NCBI GenBank assembly: GCA_963719085.1
Contig: CAVRAL010000004.1
Coordinates: 672,001 to 736,000, forward strand
DNA from: a candidate division FCPU426 bacterium
Lineage (GTDB): Bacteria; Oederibacteriota; Muellerivitia; Muellerivitales; Muellerivitaceae
Length of the DNA: 64,000 nucleotides
Direction: 5' to 3'
The notes beneath the pieces were generated by a model. The model did not search any database. It worked only from the letters and a program-made list of their open reading frames with translations, and was not told the origin of the DNA. Made by a program: the position numbers and the translations under genes. Shown here one piece after another: positions 47,759 through 57,779 of the stretch. Position 1 is the stretch's first letter. The number at the start of each line of letters is the position of its first letter.

Positions 47759-49924
47759 ATGCAACAAATTCAAGTCGCCCTCGTTCCCCCGGTTCAACAA
47801 TCTTTCTTGGTGCAGCTGGCCCGTGATTTCCGCTCGGCCTTGAGCTATCTTTCGTTTTATTCCAGCGACAGCCCCTTTGTGGTGGGCGCCATCCGCAAGC
47901 TTCACAAAGATTTACAACGGCTCCTCAATACGGTGAATCCATTGGTGCTTTACCGGCAGGATGGATCGCTTTTCGCCAACGGTTCGGCGCTCAATGAAAC
48001 CGGGGATCTGTTGAAAATTTTCGAGGAAAAAAAATGGGATGCGGTGCTTATTGAAAACGGCCTGGCTTACAACGAATGGGTCTCCTGGCTGCGCCATATG
48101 GCTTTTCCCTTCGAGGAAAATCAAAGTCAAAGTGTTCCTTGGGAGCACTTGCGCCAAATTGAGTTGACCGATTTTATTTTGGAAGAAGCGCCGGCGGCCG
48201 CCTTCGTGGAAGTGCCCGAGGTCACGGCCGTGAACGCGGTGGACATCGCGTTGGAAGCCATCGCCGCCGAATTGCCCGCCGCGCCGACCGAAGAGGACAA
48301 TATTAAAGTCGAGGAGGCCTTCTCGCCCGAATCGCTTCAACCCAATTTATCCGGGGCCCAAATGGAAGAAGTCCCCGCCGCCGCCGAATCCATCCCGGCG
48401 CCGGCGGCCGAAAATCAACCCGCTCAATCCAGCGAAGCGCTTGGCGCGGCCCTTTTGGCCACCGTGGCCGAGGCCTGGCACTTTTCCCGCCTCCTCAAAA
48501 AAACGCCGCGGGAAACCGATGAAAAACTCGCTTTGGATAAAGCGAATTCCCAATTTTTCAACCATCTGTTGGATCGGTTGGATACCGCTTCTCCGGACTT
48601 GAAGGGCATTGTCCAATGGTTCCGCACGTCCCAAGGCGATGTGGTGGACAACGACGCGGTCTTGGCCATGGTGCCTTTGATGGAAATCGCGATTCATCAC
48701 CAGTGGACCGTGGTTCTTTTTGATCCGGCCACCGAAGGCCTGGTGAATGACTGCTTGGGCTTGTGGGGCGCCCAAGGCAATCAGGAACTGGTGGAAAAAA
48801 CCGTGACCGCCTTAGCCGAGGGGCTCAACCGCACCGAATCCGAACGGCGCATCGCCTTGACCCATTTGATGGATGCCCGGCCCTGGGTGCATGATCCGGC
48901 CCTTTTGGGAAAAGTTTTGGAGCAGCTTTGCCATTTACTCAGCGCTGAAAAAAATCCGGGCGTCTACCAAAGCGCCCTGCTTTCGGCTTGGGACTTGGTG
49001 GAACCCGCCCTCGAGACCAACAACGAAAACTCGGCCCTGAGCCTTTTATCCACCCTTCATTTTCACGCGGATGACGATGAGCCCTCGTCCGAGTTCCCGG
49101 AAAGGGCTTCCATCGCCCGGCATTGGCTTTTTGAGCGCTCCAATCCCGATCTCATTCGCCGCATGGCCGCTTGCGCCTATCAAGCCGGCCGGCTGGATCA
49201 TTTCCCCCTTTTAGGCGAGATGGCCGCGCCGCTTTTGCTCGAGGACTATCAAAACGCCGAACCGGACGAAAAGGGGATGCTTTTGGAACTTTTCGCCGAG
49301 ATGAGCGATCCCTTGCGCTCGGTCTTGACTGAGCGGGTCGCCGATCTGGAGACGCCCGAGGATCTGCGTTTGCTGATGCCGGTTTTAAAAACCGCCGGCA
49401 TGGACGCCGTTCTGTCCTTCCAGCTGTCCCCCTGGTTTTCCAGGGGCGACCGGGAATTTAAACTGAACCTGATCGGTTTGATTGAGCAGATCGGAAACTC
49501 CGAGGGAGGTCCCGCCCTTCGTCTGGCGCTTTTTGACGATTCGGAGGAGATTGCCTCGGAAGCCGCCAAGGTCCTGGGCAAGATCGGCTTCACGCCCGCC
49601 GGGCCGGTTCTCATTAAGGCTTTGAAGCTTCGGCAAAGCCGCGGACCTGACCATGAGCAATTTTCCATCGAGGTTTGCCGGGCGCTGGGCCATTTGGGAC
49701 AGCCGGAGAATATTTCCTTTTTAGAGGAGATGGCCAAGAAAAAATCCCTCTTCCGGGGAGCCAACGCGCCCTTGCCGGTGAGGCTGGCCGCCATCGAGGC
49801 TTTAGGGGAGATCAATCAACCCGCGGTCTGGGAATTTTTTGAGTCTTTGGCCGCCGAAAAAAATCCGGAACTTCAACAAACTTTGGACAAGATCATCCAC
49901 TCCAAGGCCGCTCAAGCGGTTTAA
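47759..49924 (+). CDS. HEAT-repeat protein (721 aa)
   Basis: C-terminal PBS/HEAT repeats (AAKVLGKIG, CRALGHLG, AIEALGEI), an acidic Ala/Glu/Pro linker, and a GGAG RBS. Confidence 0.8.
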   Translation: MQQIQVALVPPVQQSFLVQLARDFRSALSYLSFYSSDSPFVVGAIRKLHKDLQRLLNTVNPLVLYRQDGSLFANGSALNETGDLLKIFEEKKWDAVLIENGLAYNEWVSWLRHMAFPFEENQSQSVPWEHLRQIELTDFILEEAPAAAFVEVPEVTAVNAVDIALEAIAAELPAAPTEEDNIKVEEAFSPESLQPNLSGAQMEEVPAAAESIPAPAAENQPAQSSEALGAALLATVAEAWHFSRLLKKTPRETDEKLALDKANSQFFNHLLDRLDTASPDLKGIVQWFRTSQGDVVDNDAVLAMVPLMEIAIHHQWTVVLFDPATEGLVNDCLGLWGAQGNQELVEKTVTALAEGLNRTESERRIALTHLMDARPWVHDPALLGKVLEQLCHLLSAEKNPGVYQSALLSAWDLVEPALETNNENSALSLLSTLHFHADDDEPSSEFPERASIARHWLFERSNPDLIRRMAACAYQAGRLDHFPLLGEMAAPLLLEDYQNAEPDEKGMLLELFAEMSDPLRSVLTERVADLETPEDLRLLMPVLKTAGMDAVLSFQLSPWFSRGDREFKLNLIGLIEQIGNSEGGPALRLALFDDSEEIASEAAKVLGKIGFTPAGPVLIKALKLRQSRGPDHEQFSIEVCRALGHLGQPENISFLEEMAKKKSLFRGANAPLPVRLAAIEALGEINQPAVWEFFESLAAEKNPELQQTLDKIIHSKAAQAV

Positions 49925-49970
49925 CCAAAAAACCGCGACGGGAGACCGCGCTTCTCTCCCCACGCGGCCC

Positions 49971-50008
49971 AAACCCCTTTCGTCCCAAGACGAAAGGGGT
50001 TTATTTTT
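49971..50008. terminator. Hairpin between convergent genes (probable terminator)
   Basis: Perfect 14-bp stem aaacccctttcgtc/gacgaaaggggttt with a ccaa loop, followed by attttt. Confidence 0.8.
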
Positions 50009-51276
50009 TAGTTTTCGGCCAACAACCTTTCCCACATATTTTCGTTCAATAAAATCCGATGAAGAAAATCCTGGTCCCCCGCGGACGGAGGATGGGAAAG
50101 CGGATTGGCCGGAATCCGAAGGGTAAAAATCGTTCCGCGCCCGGGTTCGGGGCCGGTTGAGGCCTCAATTTTTCCGCCGTGGTGATAAACGATGAAAAAG
50201 CAAGTCATCAAGTGAAGCCCGAAATCCTGGGGATTATGGCTGCGGACAAAAAACGGGTCAAAGACCGACTGCAGGGCCTCCGAGGACAATCCGGGACCAT
50301 TGTCGGACAATTGAATCTCGATTTCCGCCGGGCCCTGCGCCGGGCCTACCGCTTTGGCTGAAATTTTAACCTCTCCCCCTTCGGGCAGGTTCGCGGACTC
50401 ATCCTCCAAAAGAAGCTCGAAGAGACGATGAAACTTGGCGCCGTCCACTTTCATGAGGGGCAACTGGGCCGAAACCAAATTCTCGACTTTAATTTTTCGT
50501 TTGGCGAGGGAAGATTCGAGTTTTTTCAAGCTCTCATTCACCACGTCCTGGAGCTTCACTTCATCCGGAAAATCATATTTCGGTTTCTCGGAGGCTTCCC
50601 ATAAATCGCTCAGAAGGAACGCCATCTTGTCCATTTGGCTTTGAACTTTTTTATAATAATCCTTCCAAAAGTCGGGATTACGCAACTGTTCCAAGTCAAT
50701 GTTCTCTTCTTTTAGTTTCTTCGGCGCCAGATCCAAGAATGTCTTCACCGCCACCATGGAGTTGCGGATATGGTGGCTTAAGCCGGTGGCCAAAATCCCC
50801 AAACTTAAAATACGGTCCGTCATCATCGTGTTGTGAAGCACGGACATTTTTTCACGCAATAACTGGTCCCGCTCGTTTTGAACGATGAAAAATTCAATGC
50901 CGCGACGCAGGGTATTCTCCAATTGGGGAATATCCCAAGGTTTGGTCACGTATTTATAGATCGCGCCCGTGTTGACCGCCTCAATGGCAGTTTCCAGGTC
51001 CGAATAGGCGGTCACCAATATCCGCAAGATCCGGGGATTGAGCTGACGGGCTTTTTCCAGAAACTGAATTCCCTTTTCCCCCGGCATACGCTGGTCCGTC
51101 ATCAGGACCGCTGTTTTATCCAAGTTCTCTTTAAGAATCCGAAATCCCTCATCGGCGCTGGGCGCCGTCAGGATGGGAAACTTATCCCCGAAGGTTTGGC
51201 GGAAATATTTGAGGGACTTTTCCTCATCATCCACGTAAAGCACATAATATTTTTTGTAATCGTAAAACGCGTCCAT
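50008..51276 (-). CDS. Receiver + degenerate histidine-kinase protein (PhcQ-like)
   Basis: REC domain (VDDE, TDQRMP, KPW), H-box SHHIRN, DNGPG and FDPF retained; N and G2 boxes degenerate; start MDAF after AAGGAG. Confidence 0.85.
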   Translation of the reverse strand: MDAFYDYKKYYVLYVDDEEKSLKYFRQTFGDKFPILTAPSADEGFRILKENLDKTAVLMTDQRMPGEKGIQFLEKARQLNPRILRILVTAYSDLETAIEAVNTGAIYKYVTKPWDIPQLENTLRRGIEFFIVQNERDQLLREKMSVLHNTMMTDRILSLGILATGLSHHIRNSMVAVKTFLDLAPKKLKEENIDLEQLRNPDFWKDYYKKVQSQMDKMAFLLSDLWEASEKPKYDFPDEVKLQDVVNESLKKLESSLAKRKIKVENLVSAQLPLMKVDGAKFHRLFELLLEDESANLPEGGEVKISAKAVGPAQGPAEIEIQLSDNGPGLSSEALQSVFDPFFVRSHNPQDFGLHLMTCFFIVYHHGGKIEASTGPEPGRGTIFTLRIPANPLSHPPSAGDQDFLHRILLNENMWERLLAEN

Positions 51277-51292
51277 GATCGTCTCCTTCAAG

Positions 51293-53962
51293 CTAGGCTG
51301 TTTTTTCTTCCGCCCGCGCGGGCAAATCGAGCGTAAATTCCGCCCCATTTCCCTTTTCACTTCTGACCGAAATCCGGCCTTCTTGTTCCTGCAAGATCCT
51401 AAAACAAAGGCTCAGCCCCAATCCCATTCCTTGCCCGACGTCTTTGGTGGTAAAAAAAGGATCAAAAATCTTATCCATGACTTGCGGGTCGATCCCCGCC
51501 CCGTTGTCCCGGACTTTAATGAGAACCCGGTTGTTTTCTTCCCGGCTTTCAATGAAAAGCCGGGCTTCATCCTTCTCGAATTTCTTTTCTTTTAAGGCGT
51601 CGCCGGCGTTCTGGATCAAGTTGATGAAAACCTGCACCATTTTATTACTGTCCGCCAGCATGGTTTGTTCTTCCGGAATATTCACTTCCACTTTCACGTG
51701 GTCTTTTAACTCATGGCTTAAAAAACGTAAGGCCGTGTCCACAACCCCCTTCACCTCGATTAAATCCTTGCCCCCCCCCATGTGGGGATGGGTGAACGTC
51801 CGAAGGTCGGTGACGATCCGCTTCACCCTTTGGACACCGTCTTCGATATCGTCCAACACTTCCGTGTAAACCGGGCGTTCGGCTTCGGGCAGTTGGTCTT
51901 TTTTTGTTCTTAGAACATACAGGGCCTGGGCCGCATAGTTAAGCGGATTATTAATTTCATGGATAAGCCCGGCGCTTAAGCGGCCGAGTGAGGCCATTTT
52001 TTCATTTTGAACCAACTGTCCTTCGGTTTCTTTCAATTGTTCGAGTGTCGATTCCAGTGCATTTTTCTCGCGCGCCAAATCACGCTGATAATGGTGGGAT
52101 TCGACCAAATTTTTCACGCGAACGTGCAATTCGGTCGTGGAAAAAGGCTTTGACAAAAAATCGCTGGCTCCCGACTCAAGCGCCCGCATTTTGGTCTCAT
52201 CATCCGCGCGGGCCGTGAGCAAAATAATGGGGATTCCCTGGGTGGAAACCTGATTTTTGAGCTCCCGGCACACTTCAATACCGTCTTTTTCGGGCATCAT
52301 CATGTCGAGCAGGATTAAATCCGGGAGAAATTGACGGGATTTTTCCAAGGCTTGCTGCCCGTCCACGGCTTCAATGACCTCGTATTGTTTTTGAAGTTGG
52401 GTTTTTAAAAATCCCAGCATGTCCGGCTCATCATCGGCGATGAGCAATTTCGGCTTGCGGCCCAAGGCGTAAGAATCCGGCCGCAGGGTATCGGCCAAGG
52501 AGGCCATCGTGGGAAAAAGTTCGGCCCTTCGATAAAGTTTTGACAGCCATTCATCCGGTTCCGGGGCGCTGCCGGCCTGACCGGAGGCCTCCTTTTTAAT
52601 TTCCCGGGTTTCGCCTCCCGCGGCCGGCGCCGGAGCGGCTTCATAGGGCAGTTTCACGCTCATCACCGTGCCCTTTCCACTCTCGCTTTGAACGCTCACT
52701 TCGCCGCCTTGGACCTCGGTGAGTTCTTTGACCAACGCCAATCCGATTCCCGTTCCCTGGTATTTGCGGTTGGACGCAGAGTCCGCCTGCCAAAAACGGT
52801 CAAAAATAAACGGAAGATTTTGCGCGGCAATGCCCATACCCGTATCCCGAACTTGCAAAAGAAGAAATGCCTCCTTCTTCTCGGCCTTTAATTCCACCCG
52901 CCCGCCCGCGGGGGTAAACTTCAAGGCGTTAAAGGTGAGATTGAGCACAATTTTTTCCAGTTTATCCCGGTCCAAAAGAACCGTTTCCACTTCCGGAGCG
53001 ACCGTCGTGGTTAAGGCCACCCGCTTATCCCGGGCCACGGCGGATACGGATTGGGTTAGGCCCCGCAAAAACTCGGCTATCGCTACCGGCTCTTTTTTAA
53101 CTTCCATACGCCCGGATTCCAATTTCACTAAATCCAGTAAGTCATTGATCAATTTCAAAAGCCGCAAAGCGTTGCCATGCATAATCTTCAAGGTTCCCCG
53201 GGTTTCCTCGTCCATCCAATTGGCTTTGAGCTGCTGCAGGCTTTCCAAGGGGGCGATCAAAAGCGTTAAGGGCGTCCGCAGTTCGTGGCTGATATTGGCG
53301 AAAAATTGGCTTTTCATCCGGTCAAGCTCGACAAGTTTGCGGTTGTTTTCTTCCAAGGCTTTTTTGTTTTGATCCAACTCAAACCGCAGAACGAACTCCC
53401 GAATGCGCAGCCGATTCGTGAAATAAGTTCCGATGACCGCGAAAGTCGCGGTGAGAGACAAAAAATAAAGATTATTGAAAAAAATGCCGCCGAAATACTC
53501 GTTTCCGTGGCCCACACAAGCGGCCACGTAAATCATCAGGGTGGCGACACAAACAATTAAGGTTTCCTGGTAAGTCCAGGGAACCAGCAGGCAAAAAGCC
53601 ACCAAAACCACGTTTAAGCCGGCGTAGTAGGGAGACACCGCCCCTTCGGTCGAGTAAATCATCCAGGTGATCGCCCCCAGCGGCAACATGGGTAAAATCA
53701 GGAATAAAAGACGGTCATGCCGCAAACCCCAACGGCTGTAAAAAAGCCCGAAAAGCAATCCCACCAAAGCCGAACACATCAACCGAAGTTCCAAGAAATA
53801 ATGAACCTGCTTGGGATAAACCTGCATATCCAGCGAGATGCCCGCGGGCATGGCGATAATGGCGACCCAGCAGATGATCTTAAACAGGCGCCTTCGCTCG
53901 AGTTTGTTGTAGTCCTCGAACGCCTTTTTAACCTCGGGCTGATGGATCAGATCGTTGCTCAT
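51293..53962 (-). CDS. Membrane hybrid sensor TM-HisKA-HATPase-REC-HisKA-HATPase (PhcS-PhcR fusion-like)
   Basis: 5-6 N-terminal TM helices including PYYAGL; first kinase SHELRTPL...GTGIGL; REC ADDE/LDMMMP/KP; second kinase HEINNPL...GMGLGL. Confidence 0.9.
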   Translation of the reverse strand: MSNDLIHQPEVKKAFEDYNKLERRRLFKIICWVAIIAMPAGISLDMQVYPKQVHYFLELRLMCSALVGLLFGLFYSRWGLRHDRLLFLILPMLPLGAITWMIYSTEGAVSPYYAGLNVVLVAFCLLVPWTYQETLIVCVATLMIYVAACVGHGNEYFGGIFFNNLYFLSLTATFAVIGTYFTNRLRIREFVLRFELDQNKKALEENNRKLVELDRMKSQFFANISHELRTPLTLLIAPLESLQQLKANWMDEETRGTLKIMHGNALRLLKLINDLLDLVKLESGRMEVKKEPVAIAEFLRGLTQSVSAVARDKRVALTTTVAPEVETVLLDRDKLEKIVLNLTFNALKFTPAGGRVELKAEKKEAFLLLQVRDTGMGIAAQNLPFIFDRFWQADSASNRKYQGTGIGLALVKELTEVQGGEVSVQSESGKGTVMSVKLPYEAAPAPAAGGETREIKKEASGQAGSAPEPDEWLSKLYRRAELFPTMASLADTLRPDSYALGRKPKLLIADDEPDMLGFLKTQLQKQYEVIEAVDGQQALEKSRQFLPDLILLDMMMPEKDGIEVCRELKNQVSTQGIPIILLTARADDETKMRALESGASDFLSKPFSTTELHVRVKNLVESHHYQRDLAREKNALESTLEQLKETEGQLVQNEKMASLGRLSAGLIHEINNPLNYAAQALYVLRTKKDQLPEAERPVYTEVLDDIEDGVQRVKRIVTDLRTFTHPHMGGGKDLIEVKGVVDTALRFLSHELKDHVKVEVNIPEEQTMLADSNKMVQVFINLIQNAGDALKEKKFEKDEARLFIESREENNRVLIKVRDNGAGIDPQVMDKIFDPFFTTKDVGQGMGLGLSLCFRILQEQEGRISVRSEKGNGAEFTLDLPARAEEKTA

Positions 53963-55374
53963 TTTGGTTTTCTTATTTCAAGGAAAACATTAATGCCCGT
54001 AACATCCAAATTCACGGTCCAGGAACCCTCCGGAGCCGCTTCGGGTTTGACCAGTTTCATTTGCGCCGCGTCCCGGTAAATCAAATGCCATTCCATAAAA
54101 CTTTCCATGACATTTTGGAAAGGGTTCGAGGGGGTCACATTGGTGGCCAACAAAAGGCCTCCCGGCGCCAATAGACTGTAAAAATAATCCATCAACTTTT
54201 TGCAAATCCGATCCTCCAAATAATCGAACAAACCGGCGCAATAGATAAAATCGTAGGTTTTTTCCGGCGGCCCCGTGACAGGCTTGAAGGATTCTTTCAA
54301 AATGTGGTTGACGGACTTTTTGACCATCTTGATGGGGGTTCTTCGAAGATGGCGCCTTTTTATTTCTTCCAATGTTTTTCCGGTAAACGCCAAAGTCTCG
54401 TCGTTAAAATCCATTAATTCAAACTCGGCCTTGTCGCAAATCTCGTCTTGGATCAGAAAATTTTGAACTTCCTGCGCGGGGCCGCAAGCCATATTTAAAA
54501 ACGAGGCGACCCGTTTTTCCCGGGCGGCCCGCTCCGTTTCCTCGCTCAACTTCCGCACTAAATGCTTGATTCGATTTCGGTGGGCCTCGCAAGGCGGGGC
54601 GTTGACGAACCAAAAGTTGACGATTTTGGCGAACAGCGAACTGCCCTGAAGCGGATCGCCGAGCATCATGTTGACCATCTCATAATCACCGGCGTATCCC
54701 AGTGGCTTTTGAAAACTCCGGTAGACAAAGGGAGAACAAAGGACGATGGGGTGAATCTGCCGCCGGCTGTAGGAGCGGTGGGTGGACCGCACGTCGCTGG
54801 GTAAACTGGAAATGGTTTCCTCGAACCTTTCAAACAAAGAGCCGACGGCCGGGGTAATGGGGTTTTTTAATTCTTGGATCGAATCCCTCTCCATTTGGAT
54901 CCGGTCCCCCGAAGGCTCCGAGCGGATGCTTAATTCCACTTGTTCCAGCCAACGCCTCATGTCCAACAGGAAAGTTTGCATATCGGCGATGACAACCTTT
55001 AACTCATTGGAAATGAGATGGATTTTCTCCCATTCCTTCAAGAATTCGGCGAATTCGTTTTGAAGTTTGTCTTTTTGGTGGATGGAAGTGAAAATATCCA
55101 CATCCAGCCAGTTTTCTTCCAAGGTGCATTCGCAAACCAACAGGATGCCGGTGTTGACTAGATTGCTGACGACCGCCCGACCGGAATAAACCATCCGGTC
55201 ATTCATGATCATTCTAAAATCGGTTAAAACTTCAGATAATTGGAGAATGCTGTAAGGGTTGTAAACCTCAAAAACCACCGTGTAACGCGTGAGCCTGAGC
55301 AAGGTCGCTCGAAATTCCGTGCCTTGGCTGTTACGGCATACAATGAAAGTGTCTTTACCCGTTGAGATCGACAT
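53959..55374 (-). CDS. phcB: PhcB-like SAM-dependent methyltransferase (3-hydroxy fatty acid methyl ester synthase family)
   Basis: KPLGYAGDYEM, AHRNR, SAM motif ACGPAQE, DFIYCAGLFDYL, EWHLIYR; 471 aa; ATGA-coupled to a sensor kinase as in Ralstonia phcBSR. Confidence 0.8.
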   Translation of the reverse strand: MSISTGKDTFIVCRNSQGTEFRATLLRLTRYTVVFEVYNPYSILQLSEVLTDFRMIMNDRMVYSGRAVVSNLVNTGILLVCECTLEENWLDVDIFTSIHQKDKLQNEFAEFLKEWEKIHLISNELKVVIADMQTFLLDMRRWLEQVELSIRSEPSGDRIQMERDSIQELKNPITPAVGSLFERFEETISSLPSDVRSTHRSYSRRQIHPIVLCSPFVYRSFQKPLGYAGDYEMVNMMLGDPLQGSSLFAKIVNFWFVNAPPCEAHRNRIKHLVRKLSEETERAAREKRVASFLNMACGPAQEVQNFLIQDEICDKAEFELMDFNDETLAFTGKTLEEIKRRHLRRTPIKMVKKSVNHILKESFKPVTGPPEKTYDFIYCAGLFDYLEDRICKKLMDYFYSLLAPGGLLLATNVTPSNPFQNVMESFMEWHLIYRDAAQMKLVKPEAAPEGSWTVNLDVTGINVFLEIRKPK

Positions 55375-55442
55375 GGATCCCTTTCCCCAAGGCTTAAAAT
55401 CGACTTATCTTACACGACTCTTAAAAAAAAAATCCCGAAGGC

Positions 55443-56990
55443 TCAGTTCCCCTTGAAAACCCGCAGCAAGGTTCCCAACCCATGTTGCGCGCTCACTCCC
55501 AATAGACCGCCCATCATGGCGCCGGCGATCCCCAATCCCCCCACATCCGCCCCCACCAAGGACAAACCCTTCAAGGGAGTCTTGGCTTTAAGGCTTTTAA
55601 GCCCGTATCGGCGGGGGGTTCCGGGATAACCATAAATGGCCCCTTTTCGGTGGCTGGTGAAATGTTCCACCGAAAGCGGAGTGGACAATTCGGCGAAAGC
55701 GATTTGGGCTCGAAAACCGGGAATACGGCTTTCCACAAAATCCAAAAGGGTTTCGGTGATTTTTTCCTTCAACCTTTGGTATTCGGGCCCCCGCCCCATC
55801 CACTTTTTCCCGCTCCAATCCTGAAAAACGGAATAATCCAGGGGCGCGATAATTTCCGCGGTCGGTCTCATCGCGGCCGGATCCTTCAGCCCCGGAAAAG
55901 AAAGATAACAAGACGAAGCCGTTCCCTGGGCCAATTGGTTTCGGTTTTCCCAAATAACATCGTGGTCAAAGCTGTTATAAATCCAAAAATTTTGACCGTG
56001 GATGCCCAAATGCTCACAACGGGATTTTAGCCCCAGATAAAGGGTCACAACGCCATAGGGAGAAACGGAGGAGATTTCCCTCATTTCATCCTCGTCGATC
56101 AACCCCGGCGGCAAAAGTTCTCCGTAAGTGGCTTGCGCTCCCGCGTCCGAATAGATCTCGGAGGCCTTTACCGTTCGGGGCCCCCGGGAATCTTCCAGCT
56201 CCACCCCGATGGCTTTTGTTCCTTCCATCAAAATCCGCCGTACCCGGCTTCTGACTTTCAGCTCGCCGCCGGCCTCTTGAACCACCTTGGCGATGGCCAA
56301 GCCTAAAGAGGCGCCCGAACCCACCGGATAATAACCCCCTTCGAGATAATGATGGGCGATGACCGCGTGGGTCCCCAGACTCGCCGATTGCGGAGGCAAA
56401 CCGTAGTCCCCCCATTGGGAGGCCACCACGCCTTTCAATCGTTGATCTTGAAACCGGTGATCCAGGTATTTCTTTAAAGGTTGAAGGGCCATTTCCCGGC
56501 ATCGTTGAAAATAATCTTTCTGTCTTTGGCTGCGGCCCGGTCCGGCGAACTGGCCCGGAAGATGGCGCGTCACTAAATCCAAATCACGGAAATAACGCCG
56601 AAGATTCGCTTTCTCCGCCGGAAAAACGCCGGCGAGTTTTTTTAAATAAGCTTCCCGGCCCGAGGGAACCTCAAATTTAAAACCCGGGTAGAGGAATGTT
56701 TCAAAAGGATCTTTCATTTGGACCCAATCGACGCCGCCGCCGGTAATGAAATCCATGGCCCGCCTTAAGGGATTGTTGAGATTCATCTCGCCGACATAAT
56801 GCAATCCCACGTCCCAATGGTAGCCGCCGGGACGTTGGAAGGTATGCGTAAAACCTCCCAGCTTGAAATGCTGTTCAAGCACTAAAACCCGGTAGCCTTT
56901 TATCCGGGCGAGAGCGGCGGCGGCCGCCAATCCGCCGATGCCCGAACCAATAACGATCGCGTCGTAGGAGTCCTCTTTTTCCATCGTCAC
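55443..56990 (-). CDS. FAD-dependent oxidoreductase, phytoene desaturase / retinol saturase family
   Basis: IGSGIGGL, LEQH...GG.TH.F, WDVGLHYVG, GG.YP.G, STPLS..HF.....GAIYG. Confidence 0.88.
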   Translation of the reverse strand: MTMEKEDSYDAIVIGSGIGGLAAAAALARIKGYRVLVLEQHFKLGGFTHTFQRPGGYHWDVGLHYVGEMNLNNPLRRAMDFITGGGVDWVQMKDPFETFLYPGFKFEVPSGREAYLKKLAGVFPAEKANLRRYFRDLDLVTRHLPGQFAGPGRSQRQKDYFQRCREMALQPLKKYLDHRFQDQRLKGVVASQWGDYGLPPQSASLGTHAVIAHHYLEGGYYPVGSGASLGLAIAKVVQEAGGELKVRSRVRRILMEGTKAIGVELEDSRGPRTVKASEIYSDAGAQATYGELLPPGLIDEDEMREISSVSPYGVVTLYLGLKSRCEHLGIHGQNFWIYNSFDHDVIWENRNQLAQGTASSCYLSFPGLKDPAAMRPTAEIIAPLDYSVFQDWSGKKWMGRGPEYQRLKEKITETLLDFVESRIPGFRAQIAFAELSTPLSVEHFTSHRKGAIYGYPGTPRRYGLKSLKAKTPLKGLSLVGADVGGLGIAGAMMGGLLGVSAQHGLGTLLRVFKGN

Positions 56991-57763
56991 CCGGCAGCCG
57001 CCGGCAAGGGGCTTAAATCCCGGGCACGATCATGACTCCTCGAATTCGAAAAAGAGATCAAGGATTCCGGATCCCAATCGTAAATTTGATATTGGCCGGG
57101 CGCGTCATTCTTATTTTTCGTGACCTGGGCCAAACAATAAACACCGCCTTCCAATGTCCGGGTGAAATATTCCCAGCCGCCCGATGAGGCGCGCTCGGGC
57201 GGGGGTAAAGGAACCGTAAATCCACTTAAAGAAAAACAAAGACCTTGCCCAAGGGCTTTGACCATCGCCTCTTTCATGGTGAATAACTGGAAAAAAAGGG
57301 GCCCTTGGGACTCAAGCGGTTGAGAACGAAGAAAGTCGATCTCCCGCGGGGAAAAATAGCGCTCGGCCAACCGCCGGCCCCGCTGAAAGGCTTCGGGGCT
57401 TAAATCAACTTTTTCAACATCAATACCCACTTCACACCAAGAAAATGAACAGGCGATCAATCCTTGGGTATGGGATAAATTAAACCGCAATCGGGTTTTC
57501 TCAAGAACCGGCTTTCCGCCTTCTTGAAAACCAAATCGGATCCGATGGGGGTCGCTTTTTAAGTAAAAGGCGGCGAGCTGCCGCAGGAGCAGACGGGACC
57601 ATAAATATTCCCGGCGCCGGCTTTCCAAGCCGAAATCGCCCATTCGCGACTGTTCGTCTTCCGATAAAAAAGAGGGACGATCGAGAACTGTTTCCTTTAT
57701 CCGAAACAGGTGGATATGAACCGCTTGGGGTTCCAAGGGGGCCGTTTCCCGTTCCAGTGTCAT
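56987..57763 (-). CDS. 4'-phosphopantetheinyl transferase (Sfp type)
   Basis: LS.DE..R, GKP, FNLSH, GIDVE, FT.KEA..KA.G.G; start placed at MTLE (57796 is the alternative). Confidence 0.9.
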   Translation of the reverse strand: MTLERETAPLEPQAVHIHLFRIKETVLDRPSFLSEDEQSRMGDFGLESRRREYLWSRLLLRQLAAFYLKSDPHRIRFGFQEGGKPVLEKTRLRFNLSHTQGLIACSFSWCEVGIDVEKVDLSPEAFQRGRRLAERYFSPREIDFLRSQPLESQGPLFFQLFTMKEAMVKALGQGLCFSLSGFTVPLPPPERASSGGWEYFTRTLEGGVYCLAQVTKNKNDAPGQYQIYDWDPESLISFSNSRSHDRARDLSPLPAAAG

Positions 57764-57779
57764 AAATCCTTCCTTGATT

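Noticed and set aside
55443..56990. Carotenoid pathway with the synthases at 23847-25591
   Set aside because: Those genes carry HpnC/HpnD/HpnE signatures (squalene), and this enzyme is coupled to the FAS cluster about 30 kb away.
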